Part shown: piece after piece, positions 28,501 through 46,348 of the stretch
Position numbering within the stretch: position 1 is the first letter of the stretch
Layout of the letters: the number at the start of each line of letters is the position of its first letter
Source: Flaccisagitta enflata
Lineage: Eukaryota
DNA length: 64,000 nt
Direction: 5' to 3'
NCBI GenBank assembly: GCA_965153355.1
Contig: OZ231126.1
Location: 17,484,001-17,548,000, forward strand
Position numbers and translations under genes: made by a program
The notes under the pieces: model-generated
Database searches by the model: none
Told to the model about the DNA's origin: nothing
What the model saw: only the letters and a program-made list of their open reading frames with translations

Positions 28501-31179
28501 CATATGTAATTACTTTGGCTGTAATCGCATTGAACATTTTTAGTCGCGTGCACGCGACTCTACACCCCGCTTTGTCGGTCCGTTGGTCCGTCGGTCCGTC
28601 CGTCCGTCACACTTTACTTTTTTACGATATAACGTCAACTCTTAAGTCATTTTAAGTCATTTAAAGGCATTAATAGTTATTCAAAGTCATTCTGAGTCAT
28701 TTTAAGTCATTCTAAGTCATTCTAAGTTATTTTAAGTCATTTTAAGTCATTTTTGGTCATTAGGGTAATTAGTCATTATGAGTCTTTTTTGGTCATTTTA
28801 AGTCACTCTAGGTCATTCTAAGTCATTCTAAGTCATTCTAAGTCATTCTAAGTCATTCTAAGTCATTCAAAGTCTGTATGTCTCGCACGCGACTTATAGG
28901 TGTTGGCCTTGTTTTCTGTTAAGGTCATTTCGTTTTAGGCTACAGATTCAATGTTCGCGCCTCCTAGGCAAAATATTGATAACAAGTCTGTCGTTTGCAA
29001 TCATCTCTCCGAGGGCATCGTGTTTCTGATCCACTTACTGAATGTCTTCCTAGTGAAAAAAAAATAAACTTTTTAGTTGTCACTGAATTCTGCATTCTAT
29101 GAACAGTTACTGCAAACGAATCTGAGTAGAGTAAGTTCCTAGGGTTAAATCCAAGCGGCGGAATTTTTTGTGAATGATACATAAAACCCAGCCAAACCTT
29201 AGCACTAACACTAACCCTGTCCCTAACCCTAACCCTAAAACCATCCCGAACCCCAACCCTAACCCTAAACCCACCCCTAACCCTAATTCAAGAACCCGTT
29301 TAAAACGTCTTTAAAACAAAAGACTTCATACAACCATTCATTTATACCAAAAAGTCAATCAATCTAAACGTTTCACCCTTTTCAGTAGACACTACAATGT
29401 TAATCTAGTTTCCCTAAAAGTTCCTTTTTTTACTCGTGTGCACGCGATTCTACACTCCGCTTTGTCCGTCTGTCTGTCGGTTGGTTGGTTGGTCTGTCGG
29501 TCCGTCGCACTTTAACTTTTTTTATTAATTTTATTTCTTTAAGTCATTTAAAGTCATTTAAGAGTATACTGAGTCATTATAAGTCATTCCAAGTCATTCT
29601 AAGTCAATCTGTAAGTCTCGCACGCGACTTACAGGTGTTGGCCTTGTTCTTTTTGCATTTTCGTTTTCTGGAACATGACCTCTCACGGCGTCCAGGAACA
29701 AACCCTAGGTCGAACAAGGCCGGAGACACAGCTACTCTAGTCGCGTGCAGGTGGGCAAGAGCTGTGCTGGAGAAGGTCACTAGGGCATCTGGGCAGGAGC
29801 CGTATGCTAAAAAAGCTAAAAAACGCTGAAAAAGTAAAAAGGGGCCAACCAACCGACCAACCAACCAACATAGCGGGGTGTAGATTCCCCTCGCACGCGA
29901 CTAAAAAAATGGTCAAGACTCTTGACAAATATCTTTTTTGATGCATTAGCTACAAATAAATGGCAAAAACAAAAAGATCGGCTTTGGAATATGAATTATG
30001 AAATTGATAGTCCAATAATAGCAAAAAAAGGTATTTTTGAACAATTTTTAGTCGCGTGCATGCGACTCTACAACCTGCTTTGTCCATCGGTCGATCGGTT
30101 GGTCGGTCAGTTGGTCGGTCGGTCGGTCGGTCACACATTACTTTTGATACTTTGATTTTATACTTTGACCTCCCTGCTCCTGCCCAAATAGTCTGGTGAC
30201 CTCAAATATGGCCCCTGCCCACCTGCACGCAACTTTGGTAGCCGTGTATCCGGCCTTGTTTAGATTGAAAATTGTTTTAATGGCTTCTAAAAATATGAAA
30301 AAATATATAAAAAGTTTGGCTACAGTTGCTGAACTAATGCTCCTGCCTCCTTCAGTTTGTATAGAGTGATTCTTGACTAATCAAAACAGAAAAAACGCTA
30401 AAAACTACTGTAAAATTACTATTTTTCACTGTTTTTTTTCTGGTATTAAGCTCTAATCCATTAAATATTTCTAAAAACTAGCTGGTTTATATTCCAGCAT
30501 GTGTATCTTAGAAATATTTGTACACTTTTCATGATTTTCAAGAATTTTAAAGAAGTATTTATGAAAATAAGCTGAAAAAAAAATCAATTTGCTAGTTTAA
30601 ACTAGTTTTTTCACCTCTTATCTGCGAAATGACCCTCTGAACATACCAGATAGGTTAAAGCATTATTCCAGCAATTATTGCCACTATTTTCAGCTATCTT
30701 TAGGCTTTAAATTCTATATTCATAAGCCATTTTTTGAATTATTTCCATAAATTGATAGCTAATGCATCAAAAACAACATTTTCCCAGGCCAGGAGTCTTG
30801 ACCATTTTTTTTCGACCTAGGGTTTGTTTCTGGACGCCGTGCTCTTTGCAAGAAAAAGCCACAAATTGGAAATCACACCAAGAACGACGGCACTAGTAAT
30901 GATCAAGGTATGACACGATGAAAACTATCATGACACTTCAGCTCACAGAGCAAAATCACTGTATCTTTTTAACCAAAACAATAACTAATTCGACAGCATG
31001 ACTGACCGCAATAAAGATGAGTGACATTACGCAAAACCAGATTGCCAGCCAAATTCTGGAAGAAGCCCTCACAGTCGCTTCCAGGAAGCGACGCCAGCGA
31101 CGGAAACATCATTAACACGTTCTTTACACTCGATGCAGCATAGACAAGACTTGTGCTTCCAGCGCAGAAGGCTTTTAAC

Positions 31180-31525
31180 ATATCTAAAATAGTATTATTT
31201 TAATATATTTCTACCATACCTTGTGATGAATTTTGATACTCCTGACTGCAGATTATTCAGATGATAGCTTTCTGACAGTTGATATGTCACACCATACTTT
31301 TGCAAAGAAATAAAAAGTTAAATTTTGCTATTTAACATTATTTTATATAGTAATGTGACCAAAAAATAAGTTTTTATTTCTTTTGCAAAAATATATTGTG
31401 TGACATATCAAACGAACCGGAAACTATCATCTGAGATCAGATCTGCTGTCAAAATTATCAAAGAAATTCATCACTAAGATTTATTGTAAAAAATATAGTA
31501 AAATAGTATTATTTTTTTAGATATC
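31180..31525. repeat. Degenerate foldback (palindromic MITE). A similar smaller foldback lies at about 19485-19710
   Basis: Arms such as TTGATATGTCACAC...TTTTGCAAAGAAATAAAAA versus TTTTTATTTCTTTTGCAAAA...GTGTGACATATCAA. Confidence 0.65.
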
Positions 31526-34500
31526 TTAAAAAGCGCCCCAAAACAGATTTCATTTTTTCTAGAAATGTAATCTATGCACTATCAGGGTCATGAAACCACT
31601 GCAACAAAAGATAAGGACATTATGCAAAAAGTAAACAAGCTGGCCTACTTCTGACGGATGCCCCTGAATGATAAGAGTTTGCAGTTTTTTGCTGAATGAT
31701 TTGAAGGATTTTCTGAAAAAAAATATGATCTTCCTGATGTTTGTGCCATTATTAATGAAATTCTGCAAACTTAAAAATTATGGAAAATTGAAAAGATATT
31801 GGCTGAACTGTTTTTCTTTAAATTGCTCTCATTTCTAAACGATTTAAGCTACAGATGCCAGATTGGTCTCAAATGAAATATATTTTGAAGTAGTTTTTGG
31901 TTAAAACTCGACAGACATATTTATTTTAAGTCTTGAATATATTTGGTGAATTGAAAGTCAATTCTGCAAAACAAATTTCTAGAAAAAAACTAAAACATTT
32001 ATGCCTGGTATGATAACTCTTTGAAAATATCTTTTTCTCTCTTTTGCTCCTTAAACTACATCAAAATATCATTCATTTGAGACCAATCAGGGATCAGTAG
32101 CTCAAACCACTAAAGAGTAAGAGCATTCTAAAGGAAGGCAGTTCAACTGACATCATAATAAAATCGCCTTTTTTGCAGAATATGCCCTTTAATTCAAAAT
32201 TTCTAAAAAGGAACAGATTTAAAGAATAAGTTCCTGAAATTTCCCAACAAAAAACTGCAAACTCTCATCTTTCACGGGCTTCTCTCAGTATTTGGCTAGC
32301 TCTTTTAGTTCTTGGGTTAAGTCCTCATCTTATGTTGCAGTTTAGAAAAATCATACTGTAGTATATGTCGTTAACTGCAATAATTGATGCAAAATCTCAT
32401 CCAAAAAAAAAGTTGGTGATTTTTCGTTTAAAAATAACTAATTTCATAAATTTTATAACTTGATATCAATAATTTTATGAATAGATACTGAAAATTGTCT
32501 GATCATAATGAAAATTGACATGCAGGTGATTGGGTGCTTCATTTAACTACCATGAAAATATCATGACTTTTCTTTAAGAGGAAGTGCCCCATTGAAAACT
32601 CTAAACAAAAAATATCCTTTTTTTTATATTTCTGTTGAATCTGACATTGGTGCACCCTAAATAATAAATTTGCATAGAAATTGAAAAAATGGAAAAACCA
32701 AAAACATCAGACGCTAGTAAATTACATTATCTCTGGTCTGATGTTTTTAAAAATGCAAAATTTTCATCTATGTTCAAGATTTGTTATTTTGGGGATGAAA
32801 AATATTTTTTTCAAAAATTTCAAATTTCATAATTTGGAATAGAAAAACTCACAAAATTGATACTTTAAATCAACCGATTGTTACAAAATGGAATGTTGTG
32901 TTTAGTGCTTCTGGATCACCATTCAAAATTTCATGACTTTATCTACTTAGTAATTTAATGAATTTTGAAAAATATCCTTTTTCAAAAAAATTCAATTATC
33001 AGCTGATATTTTCCAAAAGGAACCTGATAAAGACATCCAAAATGCTGAAAATGATGTGGCAAAAAATTTTTATACAAGTGTCAGATAGATATGAACAGCC
33101 TCTCAAAAAAAACCCGACCACATTATACAAATTGTGTCAGTAATAATGCAGTAAAGATACCTCTTTAAGATTATTTTTACTCTTTCCTGAGATTTTGCTT
33201 GAAAATTTTGCCATTTTAGTACTATTTTACTGTACAAAGCATGCAATTTGAAAACCGATTCTTTGAAATAGTATAAATGGGCTCACATGGCACATATCAG
33301 AACAGATTTTTGGTCAAGAATGGATAATTTCAAAGAAAAAAATGATGCAAAAAAGTGATGGAACAAGAGTGTCAAGATACAGTTCTTGATGTCGTATGTT
33401 CAATGCGATACGTTCTTGTCTAAATGTGGGCATGTAATATCACTAATATGTAACATGAGTTATAGTCGTATTAATGTAGAAAAATAAGCCTCTATCAAGG
33501 TGTGTCATCGTCACGTGACTTATTGTTCCACTTGTCATACAAATTAAAGTCATGTCAAAGTAGAAAACAAACCACAAATGGGAATCATTAGCAAAGAAAG
33601 ACCTGATGATAAGGGTGTGTCAAAATTCACATGAGGTGGAGACTAGAGTCATTTCAGAATCAAAAATGAGCCAAATACAAAGGATGTGAAGGTAGAGCGA
33701 TAAATCTACGAGAAAAAAGATAATGAACAAGGCCGGATACACGGGCCAAGACGGTGCGCCGAGCGTTATTAATTCATAGCTATCCCAGCCCACTAGATCA
33801 TCCTTAGCTCTACTGGTGAGACCACTCCCAGCCTCTACCAGACCATCCTGCCGGGAGGTTATTAATCCACAGCTATCCCTAGCTCCATCAGACTTATATC
33901 CTCAGCTCTTCTAATAGACCATTCCCAGCTCTGTTATCTATCCTGAGCCTTCATAAGGCCTTTCTCGAGCCTCTATCAGGACCTTTCCCCGAGCTCTATC
34001 AAAGACCTATCCCCCAGCTCTATCAGACCTATCCAAGCATCACCCATCCGACCTATCACCAGACCTATCCGACCTATCCCTGTTCTATAAGAATTTTAAT
34101 CAGTGATTGTATTAGTGAATGAAATGATGAACGAAACGAGTCCTCTATTGATTTCAAACATTTTTAGCGATTTTTCATTCAAGCGGGACCGACGGATGGA
34201 CGGACGGACAGAGCTTCTTATAGAGATGCTATGGCGCATCAAAAAATCATTCTATCATATTTCTGAATCATTTCCAGTGATTTTTGCTTCTTTTTTAGAT
34301 TTTCAATTAGAGCGTGACGTGACCGACCAACCAACCAACCAACAAACAGACAGAGCCTCTTATAGAGGTGCTTTGGCGCACCTAGAAAGGAAAAGCGGGC
34401 TGACAACATCGACACTTGATGAATTGTACAGCGGAGATGGTGTGAGAACTCTTTTGTTCTGTTCACATAACACAATCAGTCACTTAACGGCCTGGTTGTC

Positions 34501-35460
34501 GGTCGGTTGGACGGTAATAATTTAAAGCTTTGTTGGTTTTCACCGCTTCGACCCAATCACGCAGAAGTTAAATTTTATGGTGAGGTTGCCTTATCAAAGA
34601 GATGTCGTAAATTAGAATAGAAGATATATAAATCCAAGTTGGGATCGCATAGCCATAGGTGCACCCTCTTTTTATAAAAAAATATATATAAAACGACGGT
34701 GTTAATGACCTCTGATAAGTCTTTACTTGAGTACATCCATGAGTCATTGTGGATAGGTTGAAAGGGACACGGTTGAGATTTTCTGATACAATGATTGGAA
34801 ACATAAAAGGTTTCAATGTTAGGGACTTTTCCATTTGTTGTCTTGATTGTTGATTGTGTAGGAATAGAACTTTGTTTAAACAGGCTCATTCATCCAAGCA
34901 ACAGATAAGTTAAAAATTCGGCTCTTAGGTTCTTTATGAATAGATTAAAACACAAAATCATTGACAATTTCATCATGTAACAACTACAGTAAGCCAACAA
35001 CGTTGATGGCAAGGCTGGTTAACGGCATTATTGAACTCTCTAGATCTCTGGACCATCAGTTAAGTGCGTGATCCGTCCGTCTTTCATTGATGAAGTTTTT
35101 ATTTTCTCTTTTTTAACTGTTTACAGAAGATATAAAGTAAAGTCTGTACGTGTTTCCTTCCTGTTTCCTTCCTCTTGCGCCTCAATGCGGGATACTTTTT
35201 TACGAATAATGCTCCTCGCAGGATCCTTTTTTTTAATAAGTTGAATTAATTTTCACTTCTAATTAACTTTTTTTCTTCACGAAAATGTACATTGGAGTAT
35301 GTGTACGTGGGTCGATCGCAGGTCAAAGGAGGTCAGAAAAGCGCCAATTGTTAACTAATTTAATTTAATTTCATTAAAGTTTAATCACCTTCGAGTCTAA
35401 TCGAGTGAAAGAAGGCAACGTGAAAGGAAAATAGGAAAGTGAGTGAAAGAGGGAGTAGGA

Positions 35461-35572
<112 letters not shown>

Positions 35573-37232
35573 AGGAATTAAAAATTGAGAGAAAGGTTGA
35601 AAAAACGAGAGATAAAAAGAAAGAATGAAAGAAAGAATGAGAATAAGAAAGAGTGAAAGAAAGAAAGGAAACATGCAAAGAAGAAAGGAATGAATGAATG
35701 AATGAATAAATGAATGAATGAATGAATGAATGAATGAATGAATGAATAAATGAATGAATGAATGAATGCATGAATGAATGAATGAATGAATGAATGAATG
35801 AATGAATGAATGAATGAATGCATGCATGCATGTCGGTTGTAAAGTGTTTATTGCGTCCACTCACAATGCCGCTTAAAATTTGATATTTTTGCATCAGAAA
35901 GTGAATGTAATTTAATGATGAGTTACTTGAACGGATCGGTTGTAAAAGAAAATACCAGAAACATTCCCCACATGGCATCACCAACAACTAACGATAAGAA
36001 ATTGCTCTTCATAAAAGACTTAATGAATTTCCATCTTTTTCTTCTTTTATTGACGAATTTCATCCTCTGCTTGAAGTTAATGTTGGTTAATGAAATTAAA
36101 CCATTTTTTTAGGTGCGACAAAGCACCTCTATAACTGGCTCTGTCCGTCGGTCGGTCTGTTGGTCTGTCTGTCTGTAACGCATTCGTTCGACGATCAACA
36201 CGTCGCACCTTATTGGCCTACTTGGCCTTGTTCTTTTTGACTGCGGTCGTCGAAATTGGAAGGTCAAGATCTAGTTTGAATCAATGGGATATCGCAGGGA
36301 AAGATTATGAAAGTATTAATCACATCACAGTCAAGCTTTTGATAAAAAGATACTCATATCACTCTTAGAGACAGTTTTGAATGATCTCATCGTCCACCGG
36401 GCTGAAATAGGCTTACTAAATTCTCGATTTTCTTGTTCCTCTTTTCTTTCCATTCTGGGGAGTTCTCACTGAGAGCTCATTGTCGATTATTATGAGAATT
36501 TCAAAATCTTTACCATGCTATCCTTAAACACTAGATTCCAGTAAATTCTTTTTCCATTGATAAATTGAAGTAAAGAAATATCTTGGTTACATTCTATTGT
36601 CAAGTATCGAGGAATATTAGTTAGCAAACATTGATTTATGAACATGAAAGGTGGGGGTATCGTGAAAGTGCACGTGAAATTCGAAGCCACCCAAAAAGAG
36701 ACGACGGACGGACAAACCAAACATCCCACGCAGGTACATCGACGGACAGAATGACACGCAAATCAGCTGAGTCAATATTGAGAGTGTCAACAAAATTCAA
36801 ACATAAAAATCGAATGATAAGCCTTTAAATTTGACTGGATTAGGCGGCGAAGAAATCTGATGCCTCAAAGATTATGTTTTACTGAATCCTTTGCTTTATT
36901 TGAAATATTTATTTCTTTTGTGTGTGATCTTGTTCCTTATTGGTTCGTCAGGTGCTTCTTCGCGGGGATCTGTGGATTTATTCGTTTCAGTCGCGTGCAC
37001 GCGACAATAAAAGCTAATATTCGGTCGATCCTTCCGTCCGTCAAAGTTCAGAGATTTTCTTTCTGTTCGTTCATTCATCGGTCTGTTCTTCCGTCCTTCC
37101 ATCCGTTCGTCCATCCTTCCTTCCACGAGTCGAAAACGCGCATTTCCGCTGCCGCTCCGGGCCCCCCTCCCGGTCGGAATTGAAAGTTTTGTAATACTTG
37201 TTTAAGTAATTGTTGTCGTTTTTGTTGTTCAG

Positions 37233-41890
<4,658 letters not shown>

Positions 41891-43828
41891 TAAAATATTA
41901 AAAAATAGCTTAAAAATCATATTTGTCTAATTATTTTTTATGAATATTTGCTGACATCTAAAATTCCTTTTTTACAAACACACCGTCTTATTGTCATAAG
42001 CAGTATTTTTAGTCGCGTGCTACGTCGCTATGTTGGTCTGTCGGTTGGTCGGTCGGTTGGTCGGTTGGTTGGTCGATTGGTCGGCTGGTTGGTCGGTCGG
42101 TCGGGCGGTCGGTCCCCTTTTTACTTTTTTGGCGTTTTGAGCTTTTTGCAGCATACGGCTCCTGCTCAGATGCCCTAGTGACCTTCTCCAGCACTGCTCC
42201 AGCCCACCCGCACGCGACTAGGGTAGCCCTGTATCCGGCCTTGTTATGCGGGCAGGCAACTCTATAAGAGAATTTGTCCATCTGTCCATCTTCCCATCTG
42301 TCCATTGGTCCATCACGCTCGAGTCTAAATCGCGAAAAATGCGTTATTGCGGGATTCAACTACTCATCATCTACCTCTACTCCTCATTCTTTTCAGCCGC
42401 AGACACGCGACCTTAGAACTAACCGTGTTGGTTGGTTGGTCGGTCAGTCCGTCGGTTGGTCAGTCTGTCTTTCACTAAGTTGTTTTTTATAGGTTTTCCG
42501 CTCCTGCCCAGTGCCCATCCGTCTGGGACGGGGGGGGTGGGTGTATCAGGCCTTATTGCTCCTGTATTCTTGTTGTCCTTTTTCCTTTTTTTTCCTGTTC
42601 TTTTTCTTTTTACGTTCAACAACGTGCATTAATAAGAGGCTGTGTCCGTCGGTTGGTTGGTTGGTTGGTCGGTCGGTAACGCATATGTTTGACGATCCAC
42701 ACGTCACACATATTTGCCAACTTGGCCTTGTTCTTTTTAATCGCGTGCTACGCGACTTTACTCCCTGCTTTTTCTCTTTTTCTTCTTCGTTTTCTTCTCT
42801 TCTCCTTCTCCTTCTTCTTCTATTTCTCCTTCTCCTTTTCTTGGGCAGCGGCCCCGGAGGGGCCGATGACCTATGATTCCACATAGGGCAATTTTCTCCG
42901 GTTTCCGTCTGTCCCCCCCCTCCCCCAAGCCTCAAATAAAGCCTCTCAGACCCCTCTCAGACCTTTTCGACTCCAAATCAGACCTTTTTGACCCCAAATC
43001 GGACTTCTCAGACCTCAAATCAGGCTTCCCAGTCCCCAAATCAGGCCTCTCAGACCCCAAATCCGGCCTCCTAGACCCCAGATCAGGCTTCTCAGACCCC
43101 AAATTAGGCCTCTCAGATCCAAATCAGGCCTCAGGCCCCATGTCAGGCTTTTCAGACCCCAAATTGGACCCCTCAGACCCAAATAAGGCCTTTTCAGAAC
43201 CCAAATCAAGCCTTTCAGACCCCAGGCCCCGCCTCTCACACCCTATATCAGACCTTTCAGAGCCCTCCAAACAAAACCTCAGCCCAGGAGAAAATTGTCC
43301 TCAGTGTGGAATCATAGGTCATCGGCCACTCAGGGCCGCTGCCCTCTCATGTCTAGGTTTCCTCTGGCTTACTTAGGGGCATCGGGTACCGCTGACCATG
43401 TAACGCTTTTGCGACTATTTCTTCTCCTTCTCCTTGTAGTCGTATTATGATTTCGTCCACTGAAAATGATTTTTTTCACCTTCTTATTCTTCTCCTTCTC
43501 CTTCTCCTTCTACTCCTCCTTCTCCTTCTCTTACTTCTCCTTCTTCTTGTAGCCGTGACATAATTTCGTCCACCGAAAATGATTTTTTACCAAAAATCGC
43601 TATCTCGCATTTTTAGTCGCGTGCACGCAACTCTCCAACCCGCTTTGTCCATTGGTGGGTCTGTCGGTCGGTCGGCCGGTCCATTGGTCGGTCGCTTAGC
43701 TTTTTTCCGGCGTTTACGGGCGGTTTGGGGGTTACTGCTCCTGCCCAACTGCTTGGTTGATCAATTCCATCACTGCCCCTGCCCACCCGCACGCGACTGG
43801 GGTAGCCGTGTAACCTTGTTTACTTTTT

Positions 43829-44431
43829 GGGCAGCGGCCCCAAAGGGCCGATGTCCTGTAGGACACAGGGGTGAACCGTTACGTCCGTCTGACATTACGT
43901 CCCCCCCCTCTGAAGCTTCTCAAGCCTCTCAGGCCTCAAATCCAGCCTCTCAGGCCTCAAATCTGGCCTCTCAAGCCTCAAATCCAGCCTCTCAGGCATC
44001 AAATCTAACCTCTCAGACACTCAAATCCAGCCTCTCCAGGCGCTCCCAGTCCAGCCTCTCGGGCTGAATCCAACTCTGGGCCTAAATCCAAGCCTCTTGG
44101 GCCTCAAATCCAGCCTCTTGGGGCCTCAAATCCAGCCTCTCAGGCCTCAAATCCAGGCTCTTGGGCCCTAAATCTAACCTCTCAGACCTCAAATTCTCAT
44201 TGAATAACATGGCAAATTGACAGAAAATTTTAAAAAACACAAAATTCCCAATGAATATCACAGAAAATTACCCAAAATATGCCATTTCAGGACGTATGGA
44301 ACTTCACCCCTGTGTCCTACAGGACATCGGCCCTTTGGGGCCGCTGCCCTGCTCTCACTCCACTTCTTCAGCTAATCACTCCAAGCAGGGCATTGGGTAC
44401 CGCTGACCATGTGCGATCCTTGGATGACTTG
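43829..44431 (+). mobile_element. HINE-like element, family B (representative copy). Others at 42843-43418, 44521-45101 and 55542-~55960, with degenerate remnants at about 20860-21420 and about 12400-12520
   Basis: Starts T-run|GGGCAGCGGCCC. Perfect 47-bp inverted repeat between 43829-43875 and 44303-44349, an internal ~21-bp tandem array, and an ~80-nt tail containing GGGTACCGCTGACC outside the inverted repeat. Confidence 0.8.
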
Positions 44432-45257
44432 TTAGTCACGTGCAACGCGACTCTACAGTCTACACCTCGCTATGTCGGTCTGTCCGTCGGTTGGTTGGTT
44501 AGTCGGTTGGTCCCCTTTTTGGGCAGCGGCCCCGAAGGGGTCGATGACCTATGCTTTTACACATATGGGCAGTTTTCTCCTCCTTCTCCTCCTCCTTCGT
44601 ACACCCCCTCAAATCCCAGTCTCAAGGCCCAAATTCCAGTCTCGAGGCCCAAATCCCAGTCTTGAGGCCCAAATCCAAGCCCCGAGGCCCAAATCCTAGC
44701 CTCTAGGCCCAAATTCTAGCCTGGAGGCCCAGAATCCAGCCTTGAGGTCAAAATCTCAGCCTCAAGGTCCAAATCCCAGTTAAGAGACCCGGTTACCAGC
44801 CTCGAGGCCCAAATCTCAGCCTCCAGGCTAGGATTTGGGCCTTGAGGCTAGGATTTGGGCCTCGGGGCTTGGATTCGGACCTCAAGACTGAGATTTGGGC
44901 CTTGAGACTGGAATTTGGGCCTCGAGACTGGGATTTGAGGGGGGGGGGTTCGGAGGAGGAGGAGAAGGAGGAGAAAACTCCATGCGTGAAAGCATAGGTC
45001 ATCGACCCCTTTGGAGCTGCCCCTGCTCCCCCATCAACTTTAACCACAACCTACTTAGGCAAGGCACGGGTACCGCTGACCACCTAACGCTTTTGCGACT
45101 ATTACTTTTTTGGCGCTTTTGAGCTTTTTGAGCATACTGCACCTGCCCTGATGCCCTGGTGACCTTCTCCAGCACTGATGCTCCAACCCGCACGCGACTA
45201 GGGTAGCCGTGTATCTGGCCTTGTTTACGTCTTACTCAATAATCATGCCTTTCTGTT

Positions 45258-45342
<85 letters not shown>

Positions 45343-45406
45343 ACCGAATATTTACTCATGCTTGCCTTTCTTTTTTGCTCGCTTTGTCTGTCTGTCTGCC
45401 TGTCTT

Positions 45407-45441
<35 letters not shown>

Positions 45442-46348
45442 GTCTCTTTTGACTCTGACGGTCCTTCGGTCTGCCTTTCAATCTAACTCTGTCAGTCTGT
45501 CTTTCTCTCTCTGTTTAATCTCCGTGTTCCTGGTCATTCCTTAAAAGAAGCTCATACCAGAATTTGTTGATTTTGAAGGATGACAAGTGGGTGGACGAAA
45601 TTATATCTTTGCATAGAAAATGAAAAAATGGAAAAATGAAAAACATAGTTGCCTTCCAAATTCGATTACGGAGAGGATTATGTTTTTGGAAATGCAAAAA
45701 ATATGATTTTGTAGCTGTAATATAATTTCGTCCACCGAAAATAATTTTTTCTAAGAATCTCAATCTCGCTCATTTTCCAACGAATTTCCGTAATTCTGAC
45801 TACATAAATGGTATTCTGGTCGTTGTTTCAGGTGGAACGATATCACTAGGTGTTACCGCATTGATCCCACGCATTCAGGGAACTTTTTACTGTCATACCG
45901 AGTTGGAATCCTTATTTTTTGTTAATTTACTTGCGAAATCCAAATTAACTTTGTGACCGCATATCGCAACCAAAACAACAAAATTCTGTCAGTAAGCGTC
46001 AATTCTGGTCCATGACAGCCCTAACCTATACGCCTGGGTATGTGAATAGCACGTCCAAACAAAAAAATAATGAAAACATACATGCCTTGGAAGAAATACA
46101 GTTTCAGAGCCCATGCCGTTACCAAAATTGCAACACCAAATTCACCGTTTCTGTGCAATTTTCGTTCTTTTTTCGATATTTTCGCCCCATGTATCCAGTT
46201 AAAACATCCAAACATTGTCAGATGTACTCCCGGGGAGTATTTTAGGAACCCTTGAACACATTTATGATGTGTTGGGTGGCTTTCGGCATCCATATCATGT
46301 GCGAAATCATGGTGGCCCAAAGACTTTTTTACTGAAAAGTTAGCCGTC

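Noticed and set aside
31017-31115. 32-aa ORF ending in basic RKRRQRRK
   Set aside because: Too short, with no splice or homology support.
34575-34889. 104-aa minus-strand ATG ORF
   Set aside because: No recognisable motif, and it crosses a low-complexity AT tract.
42873-43376. 167-aa ORF with SDPKSGL heptad repeats (also 43579-44067 and 55595-56164)
   Set aside because: These are translations of the 21-bp internal tandem array of family B elements.
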